A stretch of 64,000 nt of DNA from Candidatus Enterousia sp. GTDB taxonomy: Bacteria > Pseudomonadota > Alphaproteobacteria > Rs-D84. Position numbers and translations under genes: made by a program. The notes below the pieces were generated by a model, which was not told the origin of the DNA, searched no databases, and saw only the letters and a list, made by a program, of their open reading frames with translations. The stretch is from NCBI GenBank assembly GCA_045613315.1, contig JAZLAV010000007.1:1785-65784 (forward strand), written 5' to 3'. Shown piece after piece: positions 45,043 through 53,414 of the stretch; within the stretch, counting starts at the first letter, position 1, and each line of letters begins with the position of its first letter.

Positions 45043-45450
45043 TTATTCCACAAAATGCGCATCCAAAAACATGGATTGCGATAACGCATTAAAGAAATTT
45101 TGATATGCGGTCGGATTTGTTATTTCCCGCAGGTTTGATTGCGCGTTTGCACGAACAATCGTTTGCTTGTCACCGGTTGTTCGCACAGAAACGGTCATTT
45201 TGGAACCATTTGCAAATGATGTGCCACTGACCGTGCCCAATTTTTCATCCGCCCGTTCAATGATAAAATCTAAATCCTGCATTGTTGCGATTATCGAACG
45301 CATAACCGCCGATTTGTCGCCTGTTTCGAACATACGCGATTGATAGTTGCGGGTGGCAACCTGGGAGCTGGATGTGTTTAATGCCTGGTAATCGGTCATG
45401 CAACCCGTTAAACAAATTGCTAAACACGATGCGATTAAAATACGTTTCAT
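45043..45450 (-). CDS. lipoprotein, function unknown
   Basis: MKRILIASCLAICLTGC lipobox. It is a paralogue of the next gene through the shared ...Q.F....SQS.FL.A... C-terminus. Confidence 0.6.
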   Translation of the reverse strand: MKRILIASCLAICLTGCMTDYQALNTSSSQVATRNYQSRMFETGDKSAVMRSIIATMQDLDFIIERADEKLGTVSGTSFANGSKMTVSVRTTGDKQTIVRANAQSNLREITNPTAYQNFFNALSQSMFLDAHFVE

Positions 45451-45464
45451 TTTACAGCCCCATT

Positions 45465-45986
45465 TTACAAATCGTTTGCATTTAAGAACAACGATTGACT
45501 TAATTTATCAAAAAATTCTGAATACATACTTTGCGAATCCATTTGTTCGACACGACTGTCGCCGGTGTTGTCCCAAACAACGCGTCCAAATTTTACGCGG
45601 ACATTATATCCAGAATTCGTTTTGCTTTTTGTGGAAACGGTGGTCGCATATATACGTTGCCGAACGTCATAAACAGGTTGTGTGTTTTTGCCCGCCGATG
45701 CGGCCAAAAAGATAACAGCCATCTTTTGCGCGGTACTGCCGGCCTCGCGATCTTTGATGCCCGTGACCAACCCCAATTCGGTTTCACTTTCGTCAATGGT
45801 GTATCCCAAATCCTGTAAAACGGCGGCGGTGGCGGATAATATTTCGTCCTCGGTTTTCGCTTCGAACCGACGGGTTTCCATTTGGCGCATGGCCTGGTAA
45901 TTGTCCGGCAATTGGTAATAACCGTCCATCGACACGCATGCCGACAATCCCGATATGGCGCCAAAAATCACGGTTTTTTTAAGCAT
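45465..45986 (-). CDS. lipoprotein, paralogue of 45043..45450
   Basis: Lipobox ISGLSAC. Shared blocks are ILSATAAVLQDLGYTIDESETELGLVTG and FFDKLSQSLFLNA. Confidence 0.6.
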   Translation of the reverse strand: MLKKTVIFGAISGLSACVSMDGYYQLPDNYQAMRQMETRRFEAKTEDEILSATAAVLQDLGYTIDESETELGLVTGIKDREAGSTAQKMAVIFLAASAGKNTQPVYDVRQRIYATTVSTKSKTNSGYNVRVKFGRVVWDNTGDSRVEQMDSQSMYSEFFDKLSQSLFLNANDL

Positions 45987-45998
45987 TATGTTTCGTAA

Positions 45999-46403
45999 TT
46001 AAAATGTTGATGTGCGGTATGCAAAATCACGAACGCGATTATCTTCGTCAAACTTTACAATGATGGTCAGTGTGCGTTGTGTACTGGTGTATTTATGATT
46101 GTCTGTACCGGCCCCCATAACCAGCAACCACACACCTGCACCCGAATTTGATGACTGGACAGTTGTGGAAACACGGTCATAAACCCATGTCTCACGGCGT
46201 TTCGCATCCGTTGTGACCATGTTTGGGGAACCCAAAACTTCAATTACTTCGGCGGATGTCATACCGATTTTTATTTCGCGTTGTGCCATCGCAATGGTCA
46301 TATTGTCCGCCACAACCGGATCGGTGTTGCGTACGCATGCGGTCATTGTTGACATTGTTATGGTCAGCGCAATTAACATGGGTAATTTCGCAAATATTTT
46401 CAT
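45999..46403 (-). CDS. BamE/SmpA-OmlA-like lipoprotein
   Basis: Lipobox MSTMTAC. IKIGMTSAEVIEVLGSPN matches the BamE-type domain. Confidence 0.5.
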   Translation of the reverse strand: MKIFAKLPMLIALTITMSTMTACVRNTDPVVADNMTIAMAQREIKIGMTSAEVIEVLGSPNMVTTDAKRRETWVYDRVSTTVQSSNSGAGVWLLVMGAGTDNHKYTSTQRTLTIIVKFDEDNRVRDFAYRTSTF

Positions 46404-46550
46404 TTTTTGTCCTTTCGTTGTGTGGGTATTATATTACGCACGAATATAAAAATCAAAGGATTATTTACGGGGGCAAAAATGACAAAACGTCAAACGAACG
46501 TGGTGTCGGTGCTAGATAAAAATACCCCCACCAATCGGTGGGGTTTGGTA

Positions 46551-47726
46551 TTATAATGTTTTTGTTTGGCGCATCGGTATAACCCAACAAACAAATATTA
46601 TGGCGGCACATATTGCGATTGCATATGGCATATGCGTGTATGCAAAACCGCCCAAGGCAACTGTTAAGCCCGACGCTATTATCGGGGTTAAAAATTGTGA
46701 TAGATATAATGCAGCCGATAATAGTGGCATTACGGTCATCATCGCATTTTTACCGGCGACAGCCGAAGCGCTGGATATTATAAATGGTATTCCCAATCCG
46801 TTTGCAAATCCGATAAGTGCAGAACCAATAATAACTGTTGTCCATCCTGGCGAAGCCATCAATAAACAGTATCCGCACAGAAACATCATTGGCGCTATAA
46901 ATCTTACAGTATGCGCCATACGTGATTTAACCCGCACATAACAAAGCCCACCAATAAACGCAATTAAATCCATAGATGCCATTATTATCGGAATATATTT
47001 TGCATCGATAACATCATCAGAAGCGGTAATAATTGCAAAATTACATGGATATATAAAGAACACAAACATTAACAAAAACATTGCGACTATAAATTTATAG
47101 TATTTTTTTATCTGGGCAAAGATTGACTTGTGTTCGCTGTTGATTGCAGGTTCGTTTGAAATCATTCTTTCATTTGGCATAAATATTGCACACAAAATAA
47201 TACTGATAAGCCCCATCAGGTATACCAGAAAACTGGCGCGCCAACTGATTGTGCTTAACATTCCCGACAGTAATGTAGCGACAACGCCACCCATCTGGTT
47301 CATTGCCGAAGATAAACCCAATAATTTATCGTGCTTATCACGGGTGTAATAGTATGTCAGCAACCCCGTGGACATAGGCATAATAATTCCAACACCAATA
47401 CCGACCAATGCCCGAGCAAACAAAACCATATAAATATTGCTGAAAGCACCAGCCGCACATCCACCAATTGTATACAATAACAACCCAATCATAACCAGGG
47501 TTCGTGTTTTGAATATCGTGCATAATTTTGGAAACACCAGATTTGTTAAAACGATGAACAGTGCCGGGATACTGATAATCAGTTGAACCAATAATTTTGG
47601 AACATCGGCAAAATATTCAGATATAACATTTAATGCCGGTGCAATCGCCGCGCCCGCCATAACCGTCAATAACGATAGCGACAAAATCGAAAGTGTGAAT
47701 AAATGTTTTCTGTCTTTATGGTTCAT
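46551..47726 (-). CDS. MFS transporter
   Basis: About 12 hydrophobic segments. The start is taken at MNHKDRKHLF. Confidence 0.7.
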   Translation of the reverse strand: MNHKDRKHLFTLSILSLSLLTVMAGAAIAPALNVISEYFADVPKLLVQLIISIPALFIVLTNLVFPKLCTIFKTRTLVMIGLLLYTIGGCAAGAFSNIYMVLFARALVGIGVGIIMPMSTGLLTYYYTRDKHDKLLGLSSAMNQMGGVVATLLSGMLSTISWRASFLVYLMGLISIILCAIFMPNERMISNEPAINSEHKSIFAQIKKYYKFIVAMFLLMFVFFIYPCNFAIITASDDVIDAKYIPIIMASMDLIAFIGGLCYVRVKSRMAHTVRFIAPMMFLCGYCLLMASPGWTTVIIGSALIGFANGLGIPFIISSASAVAGKNAMMTVMPLLSAALYLSQFLTPIIASGLTVALGGFAYTHMPYAIAICAAIIFVCWVIPMRQTKTL

Positions 47727-48140
47727 TTTATATCCTTTTTTTGCAAAAAAAATACGCAAGCCAAATTCAGTTTGGACTTACGCTAATGCGGCTACACAAC
47801 CATAGGATATTATACAGATTAAAAAAAATAATTCAATTTTTTTGTTGGCGTATAAAAAACGAGCAACCCCCACAAACAAAAACTAGCTAGAAAATTTTGG
47901 ATATTTTGGTAAAGAAATAAAATTGTCATTGTGAAGTTATACCATAATCGTATAACAAATGTATAACTGCGAATATGTAATACGTGTTTAACATTTTGTT
48001 TATTTGTTGGGGGTATTATAGGGTAGTGCGGTGGAAAAGCGTATATAAAACATTGCCGTAGTTGTGGCGGTTTTCTGCGGAAAGTTTCAGATTTGTAATG
48101 ATGTGGGGAGGTGCCACTCTGGCCGTTAACGGGCCGGTCC

Positions 48141-48340
48141 AAAAAATCGTAAAAATTTTATACACGCCTTCGCAATGCCACAGAATCTGCGGGCTTTGGC
48201 AGGTGTAGTTGTGTATTCGCTGTGTAGCAGAATTTCATTGTGTAGCTTTTGTGTAGAAAAAATTGCGCTATCGTGTAGCCACATGTGCCAAAATATACAA
48301 AAACAAGCCATCTAAAAATCTACTATGCGGAATTTTTGTT
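48141..48340 (+). repeat. TGTGTAGC-box module I
   Basis: Six direct boxes start at 48202, 48210, 48221, 48239, 48250 and 48272 (GGTGTAGT, TGTGTATT, TGTGTAGC, TGTGTAGC, TGTGTAGA, CGTGTAGC), preceded by CCACAGAATCTGCGGG. It is about 85-90 percent similar by eye to modules II and III. Confidence 0.8.
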
Positions 48341-48341
48341 T

Positions 48342-48767
48342 TTACAAATGTACGATTTCAACATCTGGAATTTGGCTTGCGATGTATTCAGCCGCTAATC
48401 GTCTGTGACACATATCTGCTGTCTTTTCTGTGCAAAGCAAACATATCCTATCAAGTTTAGATATGTCACAATTCTGTAAAGGATTGCGTTTTTGCAATAA
48501 TTCCCGATATGATCTTTCGTATTCAGACCAAGTAATTTTTTTATCTTTATATTCAGCCAAAATATCCGATGTTGGTGCAAATTCTGGATGATATTCATAA
48601 CGATTGCCCAGCACCGCCGCCAGATTATCACCATTATAATACGGGACATAAGTACTTGTCCGCCAAAGCCGAATATCCCATACGCAACTTATACGCGCTG
48701 CGTCCAATACTTCCAGGAAAACTTCTGGCTTTTTACCACTAAAACCAATCGTAAATATCTTTGTCAT
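48342..48767 (-). CDS. DUF488-family protein (copy 1)
   Basis: MTKIFTIGFSGK..., YEYHPEFAPT..., ICLLCTEKTADMCHRRLAAEYI: the DUF488 pattern including the conserved C..E....CHR. Confidence 0.75.
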   Translation of the reverse strand: MTKIFTIGFSGKKPEVFLEVLDAARISCVWDIRLWRTSTYVPYYNGDNLAAVLGNRYEYHPEFAPTSDILAEYKDKKITWSEYERSYRELLQKRNPLQNCDISKLDRICLLCTEKTADMCHRRLAAEYIASQIPDVEIVHL

Positions 48768-48771
48768 AAAA

Positions 48772-49107
48772 TCAGTATTTAATTTTATCCAGTATCAAAT
48801 AAAAATCAGGAATATTTTTGGGTTTCATACCATTTAATAAATCAACGGAAGCAACAGATCCGAATGGCGCATAAAAATTGTCATTAAATTCATAATATTC
48901 ACGAATTGCCCCATTGATTTTATTTTCTAATTCGGGCATCTGCATATGAATCATCATAGTCCAAACTTTTTCCTGAATTTCATCATATTTATAATTACTA
49001 AATCTGTAATTATCCCAAAAATAAGACAAAATTTGTTTTGCTTGTTTTTCATTTAAATCTTTTATTGATTTTGGAAAATTATAGCGAGGATGCGTAGCCC
49101 GATACAT
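48772..49107 (-). pseudogene. fragment related to the middle of a GH108-type muramidase
   Basis: ATHPRYNFPKSIKDLNEKQAKQILSYFWDNYRF parallels ADHPEFHFPDNVKDLTGEQAQQIYGEDYYDERH of 49301..49789. It lacks the catalytic N-terminus and the PG-binding C-terminus. Confidence 0.45.
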
Positions 49108-49300
49108 ATCAAGTTTTTCTTGATTTACACTATAGGCATTTATACGTCCAGTATAATGGTTGCTTTGCGTATTTTCATATTCAAGTATTTTGTTAAAAAA
49201 TCACTGCGCCTATCGGCAATAACAACCATCGGGAGCAGCAATAATAATACCAATACTAACTTTTTCATACACTTATTATTGCAGGATATACATCAAAAAA

Positions 49301-49789
49301 TCAATATCTATTTGTACGACTTGTCCAATCATCTCCATATTTATCCCATCCAGATAATCCACGCAAATATTCAATTCTGTTTTCTTTTAAATTGTCCATA
49401 AAATCGTCAATTTTATCGTCGGGTATATTGTTCAAGGCATTGATTGTATTATCACCAATTTTACCGTCAACTTTTAAGTTTGCACCCATTGAATCGTTTA
49501 ATGTTTCTTGAACAATTTTTCCTACATTGTTAAAGTTGCTCATAACTCCCATATCAAATACAGCATTCGCAATCCGTTCGTTTTCTATTTCGCCAATATG
49601 GCGTTCGTCATAATAATCTTCACCATAGATTTGCTGTGCTTGTTCGCCAGTTAAATCTTTTACATTATCCGGAAAATGAAACTCTGGATGGTCCGCATTA
49701 TATTTATCCAATGTTGGTTGTGTTATGCCAGAATTTGTTGGTTGGTCTATTATATTTGGGGTGTCAGCATAGCCGCCTTCTTCCGCCAT
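49301..49789 (-). CDS. GH108-type lysozyme with a PG_binding_3 domain (possibly degenerate)
   Basis: EEGGYADTP...NSGITQ (GH108 N-terminal motif, GG to NS variant) and LKVDGKIGDNTINAL (PG_binding_3). The reading frame stays open upstream to 49978 through a MuF-like CEEC...HHPNCRC motif. Confidence 0.55.
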   Translation of the reverse strand: MAEEGGYADTPNIIDQPTNSGITQPTLDKYNADHPEFHFPDNVKDLTGEQAQQIYGEDYYDERHIGEIENERIANAVFDMGVMSNFNNVGKIVQETLNDSMGANLKVDGKIGDNTINALNNIPDDKIDDFMDNLKENRIEYLRGLSGWDKYGDDWTSRTNRY

Positions 49790-49978
49790 AGTTTTATGAA
49801 TAATGTCTTGTTTGCGATTATCTATAACAGGCTTGTCATTATCATCTAATTCAATTTCTTCTATCCAACACCGACAATTTGGGTGGTGTGGGTGTTCTGG
49901 TATATCTTCTCCATTCTCATAAATTGTTTCAGAGTATTCTAGGCATTCTTCACACGTTCTTTCGTCTATTTCTGCGTG

Positions 49979-50206
49979 CTAAATCCAGGCTTTTCTTATT
50001 GCTACGTTGCGTCCAGTTGCATCAATCGTGCTATTGCCATATTTATTTTCAAAATAATTATCAGTATGCAACGATTTTCTAAAGAAGCGTCTTTTACCGT
50101 TAACGTATGGTAATTCAATCATATAATAGAAGATATTTTTACGCAAGATTATTCGTGGTTTTGGTCCAAATGTACCACAGGGCGTATCACACTTTTCAAA
50201 CAACAT
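49979..50206 (-). pseudogene. N-terminal fragment of a tyrosine integrase (arm-binding region)
   Basis: RKNIFYYMIELPYVNGKRRFFRKSLHTDNYFE is typical of integrase N-termini. It ends at a TAG that is in frame with the MuF/GH108 frame downstream. Confidence 0.5.
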
Positions 50207-50533
50207 ACTTTTTAGTCCGTTCGATGTTTAACCAGTGATACAAAAGTGTTGAAAATCCAATGTTTTTGAATTTTTGGGTTTTGGAAATTGCTGTTTCCCA
50301 GCAAAGCCCAAGCCATTTATTCAAAAAATACCATAGAATAAAGAAAACCCAACGATTTCGCTGGGTCTACAATATCATAAAATTTCTTGGCTCACAGGTT
50401 TAAATAATCTTCGAACGACATACAGACAAGATGTCCTAATGATGAAAAATATATTTAACCAAGAAAATCCAATAAAAATTGATACAAGTACTGAAAATCT
50501 AACAAATATTGACTAAAATATGCATCCACCCAA

Positions 50534-50759
50534 CCGACATACGGATTAACAGCAAGCCCGCAGGTTGCCCTGATTTTCTTGGGTTGCAGCGTGTAAGACG
50601 CATGAATCAGCCACTTTTTCGCATATAGCTGTGTAGCCATTGTGTAGCTGTTTTTTTATGTGTAGCTCCTGTGTAGCAAAAAAATTGCACTATCGTGTAG
50701 CCACATGTGCCAAAAACATACAAAAGAGAGAATGCACAAACCAACTTTTACGGAATATT
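50534..50759 (+). repeat. TGTGTAGC-box module II
   Basis: It begins CGACATACGGATTAACAG. Boxes start at 50630, 50641, 50659, 50670 and 50694 with 11/18/11/24 spacing. The tail CACATGTGCCAAAAACATACAAAAGAGAGAATGCACAAA is shared with module III. Confidence 0.8.
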
Positions 50760-51182
50760 TTATAAATGCGTAATTTCAATGTCTGGTAATATTTCTGCAA
50801 TATATTCTGCCGCTAATCGACGATGACACTGTATAGCGGTCTTTTCTGTGCACAGCAAACATATTCTATCAAGTTTAGATATATCGCAATTTTGTAACGG
50901 ATTGCGTTTTTGCAACAATTCACGATACATTTTTTCATATTCAGCCCAGGTGATCTTTTTATCTTTGTATCCTGCCAAGATATCTGATGTTGGCGCAAAC
51001 TCCGGGTGATATTCATAACGATTGCCCAGAACATACGCCAAATTATCACCGTTATAATATGGAACATAAGTACTGGTTCGCCATTGCCGAATATCCCACA
51101 CGCAACTTATGCGTGCCGCGTTCAGCACATCCAGAAATGCTTCTGGGCTTTTACCACTGAAACCAATCGTGAATATCTTTGT
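50760..51182 (-). CDS. DUF488-family protein (copy 2)
   Basis: MTKIFTIGFSGKSPEAFLDVL...ICLLCTEKTAIQCHRRLAAEYI. It is about 80-85 percent identical to copy 1 by eye. Confidence 0.75.
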   Translation of the reverse strand, partial: TKIFTIGFSGKSPEAFLDVLNAARISCVWDIRQWRTSTYVPYYNGDNLAYVLGNRYEYHPEFAPTSDILAGYKDKKITWAEYEKMYRELLQKRNPLQNCDISKLDRICLLCTEKTAIQCHRRLAAEYIAEILPDIEITHL

Positions 51183-51186
51183 CATA

Positions 51187-51837
51187 TCAATACAAAAATA
51201 GCCCATTAAGCATTAAATAGCAATGATTTTCCTGAATCAAAAATTTACGCGCCAAACCAATTCTGCAATGTGCATATTGTGATTCAGCAACCATGTTATT
51301 CAACACAACAACATCTTTAGTTTTATCAAAAATGTCCCGTAAATATTTGCAACTGACTTTCATATCATATTTTTGTTTAGAAAAGTCGGTTATGCTGGCA
51401 CGCAATTTGCCATCTTCTGTAAAAAATTCTATATCTCGTGCAGAAACTACTATTGCCCCAAGTGACGGACATTTTGTATTTTGCAACACATAAGATTTTT
51501 CTTTTACATGATGATTAAATATGGATTGAATATCTTTTGAAACTGTATCCTTTAAACAATCGGCTAATTCTTTGCCTGGTTCAAAGAATTTTATAATTTC
51601 TATGGAATTATAATTTATATTCACATCTTCGGTTCTGTGCGGGTAATCACGTGGTTCATCAAAAGGTTCATTTTCAACCATTATTTGACAATAAGTTTTT
51701 GGAATTTGATTTTCGTCCCAGTATCCACTATCAATCATTAGCCGCTTCATGCGTTTTTCATATGTGTCGAAACCGGCAATACAAAACTTTTCTTTCATAC
51801 ATGTTATATCTGAAATAATAATATTTGATTTTTTCAT
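51187..51837 (-). CDS. hypothetical protein (216 aa), operon partner of DUF488
   Basis: Its stop lies 4 nt before the DUF488 start. Motifs are ISDITCMKEKFCIAGFD and DYPHRTEDVNI. No family recognised. Confidence 0.6.
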   Translation of the reverse strand: MKKSNIIISDITCMKEKFCIAGFDTYEKRMKRLMIDSGYWDENQIPKTYCQIMVENEPFDEPRDYPHRTEDVNINYNSIEIIKFFEPGKELADCLKDTVSKDIQSIFNHHVKEKSYVLQNTKCPSLGAIVVSARDIEFFTEDGKLRASITDFSKQKYDMKVSCKYLRDIFDKTKDVVVLNNMVAESQYAHCRIGLARKFLIQENHCYLMLNGLFLY

Positions 51838-52047
51838 TTTATATCCTTTGTTAAACGAAAAAAAGCCCGCATAAAGCGAGCCATAAAAAACGGCACAAAA
51901 TGTGCCTTTGAAGTTGAGAGCATTATATCACGAAACAACAAAAAAATCAATATGTTTATATGTGTAACGAATATGTCGTATGTTAACAAAATACCTTGCT
52001 TAAATCAGTATAAATGGCTATGCTAGTGATGATTTAATAATGGTGAT

Positions 52048-52332
52048 ATGATGATAAAATCATTTAATTGTCGCGAAACGGAAAAGATCTTTCGGGGTGA
52101 ACGGTCTAAGAAATTCCCAACCGATATTCAGCGACGGGCATTTCAAAAATTGGCTATGCTGGATGCATCTGAAAATGTGGACGATTTGCGTATTCCTCCA
52201 TCCAATATGTTAGAAACCCTGTCTGGTGACCGTAAAGGGCAATGGTCTATTCGTATCAATCATAAATATCGGATTTGTTTTACATGGGCTGACCACGAAG
52301 CAAATAATGTTGAAATAGTAGAATATCATTGA
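52048..52332 (+). CDS. higB: HigB-type toxin (plasmid maintenance system killer, RelE/ParE superfamily)
   Basis: MIKSFNCRETEKIF...LETLSGDRKGQWSIRINHKYRICFTW...VEIVEYH matches the HigB pattern. Confidence 0.85.
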   Translation: MMIKSFNCRETEKIFRGERSKKFPTDIQRRAFQKLAMLDASENVDDLRIPPSNMLETLSGDRKGQWSIRINHKYRICFTWADHEANNVEIVEYH

Positions 52333-52399
52333 AAAAGCGCTTGACTTTTATGTGTTATATATTATATAATACATAACAAGATAAGCAAGAGGTATCAAA

Positions 52400-52729
52400 A
52401 TGTCTAATTATATCGATATTGACCATGTTGGAACAATTTTGCGTGAAGAGTTTATGGAACCGTTGGGGTTGTCCATGAATGCTTTGGCACGTGCGATTGA
52501 TGTCCCGGCAAACTATATTCATGGTATCGTGCATGGAACACGTGGTATTTCTGCTGCAATAGATTTGCGACTTACTCGTTACTTTGGTTTATCCCAAGGA
52601 TACTTTCTGCGTATTCAAACGCATTATGATATGGTGTTGGCCTCTCGTAATATAAGCGATAAAGAACTGGCAAAAATTATCCCACTTGACCGACCGGCAA
52701 ATAGTGATTTGAATGTTGCTGTGATGTAG
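52400..52729 (+). CDS. higA: HigA-type antitoxin (XRE HTH)
   Basis: HVGTILREEFMEPLGLSMNALARAIDVPANYIHGIVHGTRGISAAIDLRLTRYFG matches the HigA/VapI pattern. Confidence 0.85.
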   Translation: MSNYIDIDHVGTILREEFMEPLGLSMNALARAIDVPANYIHGIVHGTRGISAAIDLRLTRYFGLSQGYFLRIQTHYDMVLASRNISDKELAKIIPLDRPANSDLNVAVM

Positions 52730-52925
52730 CGTTGGTTCGTTTTTTGAATGACACTCCCTATGAGGCGTGTTTTTTTATTGTATATGTTGTGTAATGTGCT
52801 TTGTGTAGCTAATATGTAGATTTTTGTTTTTTTGGCGGTGTTCTGCTATAAATATAGAAAATTTGTAGCAGACACACGGACTGCAGTGCCTGTTTCCTGC
52901 AGGTTTTAAGAGTTTTTTTATTGTG

Positions 52926-52947
52926 ACATACGGACTAGTCCGTATGT
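52926..52947. repeat. perfect 22-bp palindrome ACATACGGACTAGTCCGTATGT
   Basis: Read directly from the sequence. The half-site GACATACGGA recurs at the start of modules II (50537) and III (53062, GACATATGGA). Confidence 0.9.
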
Positions 52948-53061
52948 TTAGGGATGTTTTTTGTAAAAATGGCCATTTTTATGCTTTTATAAACAATCAA
53001 TATTTTATCAAAATTTCGCAGAAATCTGCTGTTTTTGCACGTGTAATTTATCTGGCAAAGT

Positions 53062-53290
53062 GACATATGGATTAACAGTGGCCCCCAGAAAATCGCTAAA
53101 TTTTTATACGCGTCTTCGCAACGCCACAGAATCTGCGGGTTTTAGCGTGTGTAGCTGTGTATCCACTGTGTAGCAGAATTTCATTGTGTAGCTTCTGTGT
53201 AGCAAAAAAATTGCACTATCGTGTAGCCACATGTGCCAAAAACATACAAAAGAGAGAATGCACAAAGCAACTTTTACGGAATATTTTTGA
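53062..53290 (+). repeat. TGTGTAGC-box module III
   Basis: It begins GACATATGGATTAACAG, followed by CCACAGAATCTGCGGG. Boxes start at 53148, 53156, 53167, 53185, 53196 and 53220. Confidence 0.8.
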
Positions 53291-53297
53291 TGGTTAT

Positions 53298-53356
53298 TAC
53301 ACAAAAGTCGTCCGGAAAATGTGCTATAAATACACAAAAGTCGTCCGGAAAATGTG
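53298..53356 (+). repeat. two 26-bp direct repeats TACACAAAAGTCGTCCGGAAAATGTG (33-bp period), putative operator or activator sites
   Basis: Exact copies at 53298-53323 and 53331-53356, immediately upstream of a consensus promoter. Confidence 0.85.
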
Positions 53357-53363
53357 TTTTTGG

Positions 53364-53392
53364 TTGATTTTTAGTAAAATTTGATGTATAAT
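53364..53392 (+). promoter_or_regulatory. sigma70-type promoter of the AAA ATPase gene
   Basis: TTGATT (53364-53369), 17-nt spacer, TATAAT (53387-53392). Confidence 0.6.
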
Positions 53393-53414
53393 GCAGTCGG
53401 ATGAAAAGGGGAGA

